Below are positions 17,187-24,151 of a stretch of DNA of 32,000 bases, in pieces. The stretch is from Faecalibaculum rodentium. GTDB taxonomy: Bacteria; Bacillota_I; Bacilli_A; Erysipelotrichales; Erysipelotrichaceae. Under the pieces are notes generated by a model that saw nothing but the letters and a program-made list of their open reading frames with translations, was not told the origin of the DNA and did no database searches. The position numbers and the translations under genes are program-made. Where the stretch lies: NCBI RefSeq assembly GCF_001564455.1, contig NZ_CP011391.1:2340001-2372000 (forward strand), given 5' to 3'. How positions within the stretch are numbered: position 1 is the stretch's first letter; each line of letters begins with the position of its first letter.

Positions 17187-18296
17187 TCACCCAATGGCTC
17201 TGCCGGTTTCGATGTCGAATACGTGGATCCTGGCGGGGTTGAAGGACAGTTCCACCTCGTCGCCCACCTGTGTTTTGGATTCCGGATCCACACGGGCTGT
17301 CAGCTGTGCTCCGTTGAAGTCTGTGTACAGGTAGATCTCTGCACCCAGGTTCTCGCGGACAGCCACTTTGGCCTTCGCTTTGGAGTCTTTGTACAGCTCC
17401 AGGTGTTCCGGTGTGTCATACAGATACTCCGGGCGCACGCCAATGGTCACTTCTTTGCCCATATAGCCGCCGTCTTTCAGGACCTTGCCCTTGGCCGGGT
17501 CGATGGCAATGTCTGTATCTCCGACACGGACAGCCACTTTTCCGTTTTTCTCCGTCACGGTCCCGTCCAGGAAGTTCATCTGGGGGGAACCGATGAAGCC
17601 GGCAACGAACTTGTTGGCCGGGTGATCGTACAGATACTGCGGAGTGTCGATCTGCTGCACTTCGCCGTCGCTCATGACCACGATCCGGTCACCGAGGGTC
17701 ATGGCTTCGGTCTGATCGTGGGTGACGTAGATCATCGTGGCGCCCAGGCGCTCGTGCAGACGGGAGATCTCGACACGCATCTGGCCGCGGAGCTTGGCAT
17801 CCAGGTTGGACAGGGGCTCATCCAGCAGCAGGACCTTCGGGTCGCGGACGATCGCACGGCCCATGGCCACACGCTGTCTCTGGCCGCCGGACAGGGCCTT
17901 GGGCTTGCGGTCCAGCAGTTTTTCCAGGTCCAGAGTCTTCGCAGCCTGAGCGACACGTCTGTCGATCTCGTCCTGCGGCATCTTGCGGATCTTCAGGGGG
18001 AATTCCATGTTTTCCTTCACTGTCATGTGGGGATACAGAGCATAGTTCTGGAAGACCATGGCAATGTCCCGGTCCTTGGGTTCCACGTCGTTGACACGGT
18101 TGCCGTCAATAATCAGGTCGCCTTCTGTGATGTCCTCCAGACCGGCGATCATACGCATGGTGGTGGACTTTCCGCAGCCGGAAGGTCCGACAAAGATCAC
18201 GAATTCGCCATCCTTGACATCCAGGTTGAAGTCCTTCACGGCCTGGAAGCCGTTGGGATAGACTTTCCTGATATTCTTCAATGATACTTCAGACAT
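17187..18296 (-). CDS. Sugar ABC transporter ATP-binding protein (MsmK/MsmX/MalK type)
   Basis: Walker [10 protein letters not shown], signature [10 protein letters not shown], Walker [12 protein letters not shown], and a C-terminal MalK-like regulatory/TOBE domain. ATG 18296 ([13 protein letters not shown]) has AGGAG 6 nt upstream. Confidence 0.92.
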   Translation of the reverse strand: MSEVSLKNIRKVYPNGFQAVKDFNLDVKDGEFVIFVGPSGCGKSTTMRMIAGLEDITEGDLIIDGNRVNDVEPKDRDIAMVFQNYALYPHMTVKENMEFPLKIRKMPQDEIDRRVAQAAKTLDLEKLLDRKPKALSGGQRQRVAMGRAIVRDPKVLLLDEPLSNLDAKLRGQMRVEISRLHERLGATMIYVTHDQTEAMTLGDRIVVMSDGEVQQIDTPQYLYDHPANKFVAGFIGSPQMNFLDGTVTEKNGKVAVRVGDTDIAIDPAKGKVLKDGGYMGKEVTIGVRPEYLYDTPEHLELYKDSKAKAKVAVRENLGAEIYLYTDFNGAQLTARVDPESKTQVGDEVELSFNPARIHVFDIETGRAIG

Positions 18297-18400
18297 ACAG
18301 TTCTCCTCTCGGCATTCATTCTGCACCCTGACTGTAACATCGGGACGGGAACCGGAAACAGAAGCAGAAATCGCCTGCTATATGGAAAAATGAAGTTTTT

Positions 18401-18440
18401 TGCCGCATCTGTTCATATCCTGTCGCATCTGTCCATATTC
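18401..18440. repeat. Tandem 20-bp direct repeat (2 copies, 17/20 identical), 105-144 nt upstream of the MsmK-type ATPase start
   Basis: TGCCGCATCTGTTCATATCC (18401-18420) is followed directly by TGTCGCATCTGTCCATATTC (18421-18440). Confidence 0.7.
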
Positions 18441-18500
18441 CGGGGGTCCTGTCCTGACAGCAGGATCAGGCTGACTGAAAGCGGCTGCAGGGCCGCGGCG

Positions 18501-18564
18501 CAAAAACGGAAGCCCGGGCCGGATCTCCCTTCCTGGGACACTGGTTCGGACTTCCGTCTTTTTT
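18501..18564 (-). terminator. Probable terminator of the NYN-like/esterase unit (symmetrical, A-run and T-run flanked)
   Basis: Stem ACGGAAG (18506-18512) / CTTCCGT (18551-18557) with an inner GGAAG/CTTCC stem (18508-18512 / 18529-18533). The minus-strand RNA ends CUUCCGUUUUUG. The plus side also has a T6 run. Confidence 0.5.
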
Positions 18565-18614
18565 CATGTTTCGTTTTTTTGTAGTACTGCGGACCCGCCG
18601 GGCTGCAGCGGTGC

Positions 18615-19433
18615 CTACTTCCAGAGGAAGTCAAACCATTCCGGGCTTTCCTTCTCCCAGCTTGCCTCGTCATGCCGGCCGCCCTTGACATAATTGATGT
18701 GGGTCATGATGCCTTTCCGGTTCAGCGGCTTGGAGAACCCCTGCAGCAGCTGCCAGATCCTGCGGCGGTTGCGCCGGAGTTCCGTCGAGCCCATGGACAT
18801 GTACAGGCGGGTGTCGGGATTCAGGTCTGCGCTGTTGATGAGTTCATGCAGCGGACCGGGGTACAGGAACAGAGACGGGGACAGGGCCGCGGCTTTGGAG
18901 AACACATCGTTGTGCTTCAGCACACCGTAATATGCCATGAGTCCGCCCATGGAGCTGCCCGCGACCGCTGTGGCCTCCCGCTGCGGCCAGGTCCGGTAAT
19001 TCTGGTCTATAACGGGCTTGAGTTCCCGGATGATCCAGTCAAAAAGCAGTTCTCCCTTTCCTTCGATGGGTCCCATGGGGGTGCGTGGATTGTCCCAGGG
19101 AGCGTATTCGTTCAGCCGGCTGTTACCTCTGTGGTCGCATTCCAGGCCGACGATGATGAAGGGCTTGTCATACTGGCCCAGGAAGGCATCAAGATTCCAG
19201 GACTTGCCGTAGGTGGCTTCGCTGTCCAGAAACAGGTTGTGTCCGTCGAACATGTAGATGACCGGATACCGTTCCTGGCTGTCCCTGTATCCCGCGGGCA
19301 GTCTGAGATGAATGGGGATGGACCGCTGCAGGCTTTCGCACCACAGCTCATGGTGCTGCACATCTCCGGTCAAAGGAGCCTGCTGTCCTGTCTCTTCCCC
19401 GCTCCGGGGTGCCTGAACAGAATCCGGCTGCAC
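18615..19433 (-). CDS. Alpha/beta-hydrolase 'putative esterase' family protein (esterase D / IroE-like fold)
   Basis: RYPVIYMFDGHN, nucleophile elbow GSSMGG, and a C-terminal GGRHDEASW (catalytic His region). The tracked GTG start at 19433 has no usable SD, so the true N-terminus is uncertain (see the A9 finding). Confidence 0.8.
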   Translation of the reverse strand: MQPDSVQAPRSGEETGQQAPLTGDVQHHELWCESLQRSIPIHLRLPAGYRDSQERYPVIYMFDGHNLFLDSEATYGKSWNLDAFLGQYDKPFIIVGLECDHRGNSRLNEYAPWDNPRTPMGPIEGKGELLFDWIIRELKPVIDQNYRTWPQREATAVAGSSMGGLMAYYGVLKHNDVFSKAAALSPSLFLYPGPLHELINSADLNPDTRLYMSMGSTELRRNRRRIWQLLQGFSKPLNRKGIMTHINYVKGGRHDEASWEKESPEWFDFLWK

Positions 19434-19438
19434 GGTAT

Positions 19439-20263
19439 CTACGCCAGCAGCCTCGGTTCCGCAACCTGTTTCTTCTTCCGCCTGCTCCTGCTGCGGTGTG
19501 TGGATCTTGCCGGATGGAGTTTTTTTTTAGGCCGGCTGAGCAGACTGTCATAATCTGCCTGCCCGTCTTCCTGACAGTCATAAGTGCCTGCCAGGGTGCC
19601 GGAGGAAAACAGCAGGTACTTGTCTGCATAGAAGTCATATTCGAACCAGGTCGCTGCACCGTTTTCGGTACTCTTTTTCTGGCTGATCCGCAGGCTCTTT
19701 CTCTGCGCGGGTGTCAGTGTCTCGCGGAATTTTGCGAAATCCTGGCAGGTCACGGCTTTGCGGCGCAGCATGGGATCCCGGGGCAGGCTGCCCTTGAAAA
19801 AGTCGCCTTTGCGCGGATCGGGTGTATCCTCCACAAACTGGCGAAGGCTCATGGTTTCCCGGGAAATGTCCAGCCTGGGGTTTTCTTCCGACAGCAGGTG
19901 TATGGCTCTGTCATAGCCTTTGTCGAAGGACAGTATCACATATCTGTCCTTTTTCTTCACACCGTCGGTGATCATGTTCGCAATGAAGGCGATGATGGCC
20001 AGGTCCATTTCATTTTTCTCCCGGCGCCGTTCATTGTCTGTCTCCAGGAGATCCACTACATGAAAGCGGGGATCGTCCAGCAGGCCGTATACCTTGCGGT
20101 ACACATTGATGTCAGACAGGAAAAACCATACTTCGGTATTGTCCGGCAGTGTCGAGGGGATCAGATTTCCGACATTCTCGGAATCGACAAACACCCGGCA
20201 CATCCCGCCTTTTTTCCCGTCCTTTTTCTTCTTTTTCTTTTTATCTTTCTTGTCCTTGGACAT
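19439..20263 (-). CDS. Hypothetical protein with a NYN/PIN-like nuclease-fold N-terminal domain and a poly-lysine N-terminus
   Basis: The pattern CRVFVDSENVG ... KNEMDLAIIAFIANM ... RYVILSFDKGYDRAIHLL resembles the three acidic-residue motifs of NYN/LabA-like domains; this is my judgement and no search was run. The start is ATG 20263 (MSKDKKDKKKKKKKDGKKGG), 8 nt after GGAGG. The track starts at TTG 20278. Confidence 0.6.
   Translation of the reverse strand: MSKDKKDKKKKKKKDGKKGGMCRVFVDSENVGNLIPSTLPDNTEVWFFLSDINVYRKVYGLLDDPRFHVVDLLETDNERRREKNEMDLAIIAFIANMITDGVKKKDRYVILSFDKGYDRAIHLLSEENPRLDISRETMSLRQFVEDTPDPRKGDFFKGSLPRDPMLRRKAVTCQDFAKFRETLTPAQRKSLRISQKKSTENGAATWFEYDFYADKYLLFSSGTLAGTYDCQEDGQADYDSLLSRPKKKLHPARSTHRSRSRRKKKQVAEPRLLA
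19520..19528 (-). repeat. A9 homopolymer (T9 on the plus strand) at the frame junction between the NYN-like ORF and the esterase ORF
   Basis: The minus strand reads CCT AAA AAA AAA CTC. Direct count from the sequence. Confidence 0.9.
20208..20257 (-). repeat. 50-nt polypurine (minus) / polypyrimidine (plus) tract encoding the Lys-rich N-terminus
   Basis: 47 of 50 plus-strand bases are pyrimidines (the purines are at 20219, 20243 and 20252). A pure 23-nt run spans 20220-20242. Confidence 0.85.
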
Positions 20264-20298
20264 ATGCATTTCCTCCAAAGGGTCACAATTCTGTCATC

Positions 20299-20307
20299 AT
20301 TATACCA
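20299..20307 (-). promoter_or_regulatory. Extended -10 promoter of the NYN-like gene
   Basis: The minus strand reads TGgTATAAT, with a perfect TATAAT at 20304-20299, about 36 nt upstream of ATG 20263. There is no convincing -35. Confidence 0.55.
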
Positions 20308-20411
20308 GACTGGGACAACCACTGTACCCGGGCCGGGTTTTGCTTGAGTTTTGCCAGCGCTGGGGATAAGCTGTAGTCAGATGAAAGCGTTTACAGAAAG
20401 GAAGGCCACAC

Positions 20412-20726
20412 ATGAAACACGAAGCAATCCGGGCCCACATTCAGGAACTGATCGACAAACGCGCCGAGTCTCTGATGGAAGATGACACACAGGCAAACTA
20501 TATCTCTGTTCTGGCCAAAATCTGGTCGGAGCTCGGCGACATCCCCGAAAGCAGTCTGGAATGGATGGATCCCAAGGATCTGGATGAACTGATCCTGACT
20601 GTTTACTATGCTCTGTCCCGTCAGCGTCATGCGATCACTGCCGGTGTGCAGAAGGAAGTGAACAAATACGTCCGCCACGAACAGAAGGACTGGGAATTTG
20701 CCCACATCATGGATTTCAACGAGTGA
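20412..20726 (+). CDS. Hypothetical acidic 104-aa protein, divergent from the NYN-like gene
   Basis: ORF with SD GGAAGG 7 nt before the ATG and its own terminator. The predicted protein is helical and I recognise no family. Confidence 0.6.
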   Translation: MKHEAIRAHIQELIDKRAESLMEDDTQANYISVLAKIWSELGDIPESSLEWMDPKDLDELILTVYYALSRQRHAITAGVQKEVNKYVRHEQKDWEFAHIMDFNE

Positions 20727-20738
20727 CTGACACTCCCG

Positions 20739-20773
20739 CAGGCAGTCCGCCATCCAGGTGGCTGCCTGTTTTT
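20739..20773 (+). terminator. Intrinsic terminator of the 104-aa ORF
   Basis: CAGGCAG (20739-20745) / CTGCCTG (20762-20768) is followed by TTTTT (20769-20773). Confidence 0.75.
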
Positions 20774-20798
20774 GCGTGGTACGGCTGTTATCGCCGGT

Positions 20799-20854
20799 CC
20801 CTGGTGCAGTCTGCATTGTGGTGCCGGCAGGGACTTCCTGCAGTCGGCACCAGG
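20799..20854 (+). other. GC-rich structured element with two mutually exclusive pairings
   Basis: The right arm CCTGCAGTCGGCACCAGG (20837-20854) can pair with GGTGCCGGCAGG (20820-20831; 12 bp with a 3-nt bulge). Alternatively it can pair with CCTGGTGCAGTCTGCA (20799-20814). No U-tract follows. Confidence 0.4.
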
Positions 20855-20912
20855 CATAAGCCGCATTCTCGTGTTCTCTTTATGTGAAATGAAGTGATAG
20901 TCAGCACTCTCG

Positions 20913-20940
20913 TTGTACGGGTGACAGAAACAGATATAAT
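20913..20940 (+). promoter_or_regulatory. Putative ftsH promoter
   Basis: TTGTAC (20913-20918), 16-nt spacer, TATAAT (20935-20940), 50 nt upstream of ATG 20991. Confidence 0.5.
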
Positions 20941-20990
20941 GAGTGCATGACTTTTATTCGGAAGCATAAGAAAGAAGTGATGTACTGAAT

Positions 20991-22913
20991 ATGAACAGAC
21001 AACCGAAACAGAAGAAATCTCTGTACAGATACTGGCTGATCACGCTGATCGTGCTGCTGGTCGTCAACCTGCTGATCGGGCCGATGCTGCAGGGAGCCAG
21101 GACCACACAGGAGAGCTACTCTTCCTTCCTGGACAAAGTGGAGGAAAAGGACGTCTCGAAGGCGGAGATCGACAACGGCACCATTTACTACGAGCTCAAG
21201 GGAGAGGACGGAAAAACCTATGCAGCCCAGGCGGTCAACGATCCGGACCTGGTGAATCGCCTGCGGGAAGCCGGTGTGGAATTCAGCGCCGTGAAACCCA
21301 GCACGACGTCCCCGTTCCTGTACTCCATGCTCTCACTGTTCCTGCCCTGGCTGCTGCTGTGGGGACTGGGATACTGGTTCTTCAGGCGGATGCAAAAAAA
21401 GATGTCGCAGGCTTCGGATTCCATGTCCTTCACACCCGGTGATGACCAGGACAAAGGTGGCGGATTCGGTGGCTTTGGCGGAATGTTCGGCGGCATGAAC
21501 GGCCTGGGCAAGTCCAATGCCAAGGTCTACAAAGGAGAGCAGACCAACACGAAATTCTCCGACGTGGCGGGTCAGGAAGAAGCCAAGAACAATCTGATTG
21601 AAATCGTGGACTTCCTGAAAAACCCGAAAAAGTACCAGGAAATCGGTGCAAAGATGCCCAAGGGCGCTTTGCTTGTGGGTCCTCCGGGAACCGGCAAGAC
21701 GCTGCTGGCCCGGGCGGTGGCCGGTGAAGCCGGTGTTCCCTTCTTTGCCATCTCCGGTTCGGAGTTTGTGGAGATGTTCGTGGGCCGCGGTGCGGCAAAA
21801 GTCCGTGACCTCTTCAAACAGGCCCGGGAGAAAGCCCCATGCATTGTCTTCATTGACGAGATCGATACCGTGGGCAAAAAGCGGGATGCCGGCGGCATTT
21901 CCGGCAACGACGAACGGGAACAGACCCTGAACCAGCTTCTGGCGGAAATGGATGGCTTCGATGGATCCAAAGGCGTGGTCCTGCTGGCCGCAACCAACCG
22001 GCCCGAAACACTGGATCCTGCCCTGACACGACCCGGCCGGTTTGACCGGCGGATCCCGGTGGAACTGCCGGATCTGAAGGGCCGGGAAGATATCCTGAAG
22101 CTCCATGCGAAAAACGTGAAGGCGTCTCCTTCCATTGACTACAACGAAATCGCCCGGGCCGCTGCCGGTACCTCCGGTGCAGACCTTGCAAACATCGTCA
22201 ATGAAGGTGCCCTGCTGGCTGTCCGGGATGGACGCAAACAGGTGACGCAGCGGGACATGGAGGAAGCCATCGAAATCGTAATTGCCGGCGAGCAGAAGAA
22301 AGGCGCAGTCATTTCTCCCCGGGAACGCATGATCGTGGCCTATCACGAAATCGGGCATGCCCTGGTGGCCGCGAAATCCAAGAACGCGGCTCCGGTGCAC
22401 AAGATCACCATCATTCCCCGGACCAAGGGTGCACTGGGCTACACCATGCAGGTGGAAGCCGAGGAAACGAATCTTCTGACAAAGGAAGAAGCCTATCAGC
22501 GGATTGTCACGTATACAGGCGGCCGGGCGGCGGAGGAACTGGTGTTTCATTCCATCACCTCCGGTGCTGCCAATGACATTGAGCAGGCCACAAAGCTGGC
22601 CCGTGCCATGGTGACAAGACTGGGCATGTCAGAGAACTTCGGCATGACGGCCCTGGAGTCTGTGAACAACGCCTATCTGGGCGGTGACACATCCCTGGCC
22701 TGCAGTGACGAGACTGCGGCAAAGATTGACGTGGAAGTGGTTGCCCTGATTGGCAGTGCCTACACGGATGCCACGAAAATCCTGAGCGACAACATCATGA
22801 AGCTGCATGAGCTGGCGAAGTATCTGTACGAAAAGGAGACTATCACCGGCGAGGAATTCATGGAAATCCTCAACAGACCGGCGGATGACTCCGCAGCCGC
22901 GGCTCAGGCATAA
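20991..22913 (+). CDS. ftsH: ATP-dependent zinc metalloprotease FtsH
   Basis: N-terminal TM helices, AAA Walker [12 protein letters not shown], Walker [12 protein letters not shown] region, and zinc motif HEIGHAL. 640 aa. Confidence 0.95.
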   Translation: MNRQPKQKKSLYRYWLITLIVLLVVNLLIGPMLQGARTTQESYSSFLDKVEEKDVSKAEIDNGTIYYELKGEDGKTYAAQAVNDPDLVNRLREAGVEFSAVKPSTTSPFLYSMLSLFLPWLLLWGLGYWFFRRMQKKMSQASDSMSFTPGDDQDKGGGFGGFGGMFGGMNGLGKSNAKVYKGEQTNTKFSDVAGQEEAKNNLIEIVDFLKNPKKYQEIGAKMPKGALLVGPPGTGKTLLARAVAGEAGVPFFAISGSEFVEMFVGRGAAKVRDLFKQAREKAPCIVFIDEIDTVGKKRDAGGISGNDEREQTLNQLLAEMDGFDGSKGVVLLAATNRPETLDPALTRPGRFDRRIPVELPDLKGREDILKLHAKNVKASPSIDYNEIARAAAGTSGADLANIVNEGALLAVRDGRKQVTQRDMEEAIEIVIAGEQKKGAVISPRERMIVAYHEIGHALVAAKSKNAAPVHKITIIPRTKGALGYTMQVEAEETNLLTKEEAYQRIVTYTGGRAAEELVFHSITSGAANDIEQATKLARAMVTRLGMSENFGMTALESVNNAYLGGDTSLACSDETAAKIDVEVVALIGSAYTDATKILSDNIMKLHELAKYLYEKETITGEEFMEILNRPADDSAAAAQA

Positions 22914-22922
22914 ACCCTCATC

Positions 22923-22948
22923 GCAGGTTCCCCGGAACCTGCTTTTTT
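22923..22948 (+). terminator. Intrinsic terminator of ftsH
   Basis: GCAGGTTCC (22923-22931), CC, GGAACCTGC (22934-22942), then TTTTTT. Confidence 0.9.
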
Positions 22949-22986
22949 GTATTTCCGGGACAGAAGACAGCGCTTCCCGGTTTACA

Positions 22987-23007
22987 GACTGGTATCCGAC
23001 TGTATCC
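22987..23007 (+). repeat. Tandem direct repeat GACTGGTATCC / GACTGTATCC, with a third GACTGTAT copy over the AEC start codon
   Basis: Copies at 22987-22997 and 22998-23007. A third copy, GACTGTATGG, lies at 23054-23063 and includes ATG 23060. Confidence 0.6.
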
Positions 23008-23059
23008 TCGCGGGCATCTGAGACACCATTTTGCAGGATTTGGTTTCATCATTGACTGT

Positions 23060-23980
23060 ATGGAAATGCTCAACTTACAGATACAGATATTTCTGCTGCT
23101 GGCCATTGGATGGATCCTGGGCCGGCTGAAACTCGTGGACAAACAGGCCCGTTTTTCCCTGTCCAGCCTGGTCATGGACCTGGTCCTGCCTGCGGCCATC
23201 ATCCGGTCCTTTCAGCTGGAAATGACACATGAAATCCTGGTGTCCACGTTCGCAGTTCTTGTGCTGTCCGTCCTGATTCAGATCGGATGCATCCTGCTCA
23301 ACAAATTTGTCTGGAAAGGCATCCGGGATGAAGCCATACGCACCAACCTGGAGTATGGTACAGTGGTGAACAACGCCGGGACCCTGGGCATGGTCATTGC
23401 CGAAGCGGCATTTGGCGAGGAAGGGCTGCTGTTCGCGAGTGTCTTCATGATCCCTGTCCGCATCATGATGTGGTCCTATGGCATCACACTGTATTCCCAC
23501 ACAGCCAGCCGGAAGGACGCCTTCAAAAAAGCCGCACTCCATCCGTGTGTCGTGGCTGTCTATATCGGTGTTCTTGTGCTCATTGCGCAAAACAGCGGTT
23601 TTGTGCTGCCGGCTGCTGTCCAGAGCACCCTCAATGCAGTAGCCAACTGCAACACAGCGCTGGTCATGATCGTCATCGGCACCATTCTCTCGGATGTGCA
23701 TGTACGTCACATGTTTGACAGGCTGTCCATCGGTTATTCCGTTTTCCGCCTTCTGATCATGCCGGGTGTCCTGCTCCTGCTTCGGTTTCTGCCCATTCCG
23801 GCTCTGGCAGCCAATGTCTGCATCCTGGAATCTGCCATGCCTGCAGCCAGCACCATGGTCATGCTGGCAGACAAGTATCACAGGGATCCGGCGTTTGCCT
23901 CGAAGATGGTGTTTGTGAGTACGCTGCTGTCACTGTTCACCATGCCCTTCTGGACCTGGGTCTTCAGCATCATTGCGTGA
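23060..23980 (+). CDS. AEC (auxin efflux carrier / malate permease-like) family transporter
   Basis: 306 aa with about 10 TM helices. The N-terminus IQIFLLLAIGWILGRLKLVD...LSSLVMDLVLPAAIIRSF is typical of the AEC family. There is no clear SD. Confidence 0.85.
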   Translation: MEMLNLQIQIFLLLAIGWILGRLKLVDKQARFSLSSLVMDLVLPAAIIRSFQLEMTHEILVSTFAVLVLSVLIQIGCILLNKFVWKGIRDEAIRTNLEYGTVVNNAGTLGMVIAEAAFGEEGLLFASVFMIPVRIMMWSYGITLYSHTASRKDAFKKAALHPCVVAVYIGVLVLIAQNSGFVLPAAVQSTLNAVANCNTALVMIVIGTILSDVHVRHMFDRLSIGYSVFRLLIMPGVLLLLRFLPIPALAANVCILESAMPAASTMVMLADKYHRDPAFASKMVFVSTLLSLFTMPFWTWVFSIIA

Positions 23981-24011
23981 TGACCATCGACCCTGTACAC
24001 ATACCAGTTTG

Positions 24012-24036
24012 TCCGGAGCCTGCTCCGGATTTTTCT
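24012..24036 (+). terminator. Intrinsic terminator of the AEC transporter gene
   Basis: TCCGGAG (24012-24018), loop CCTG, CTCCGGA (24023-24029), then TTTTTC. Confidence 0.88.
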
Positions 24037-24116
24037 TTGTGCAGATTGACCGGCTCACCGCCGGGACTGCCTGCATTCTGCCACCCATCCGGTAAACCAG
24101 GTTAACGATTTAACGC

Positions 24117-24145
24117 TTGGCACCTTTCTTTCACTTCCTTATCAT
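24117..24145 (+). promoter_or_regulatory. Sigma-70-type promoter placed so that the LacI-family mRNA would be leaderless
   Basis: TTGGCA (24117-24122), 17-nt spacer, TATCAT (24140-24145). The ATG at 24152 is 7 nt after the -10 and there is no SD. Confidence 0.5.
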
Positions 24146-24151
24146 GAAGTC

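Noticed and set aside
18390-18584. 64-aa plus-strand ORF ending at a hairpin plus T6 run, which could look like a small gene or sRNA with its own terminator
   Set aside because: There is no SD and the composition is non-protein-like. The hairpin with A-run and T-run is symmetrical and is better explained as the terminator of the minus-strand esterase unit. The ORF also covers the tandem repeats upstream of the ATPase gene.
19348-19659. 103-aa minus-strand ORF in the third frame across the A9 tract
   Set aside because: The translation is Arg/Gly/Cys-rich. Reaching this frame from the NYN-like ORF would need the opposite shift (loss of one A), and it ends without joining any recognisable domain.
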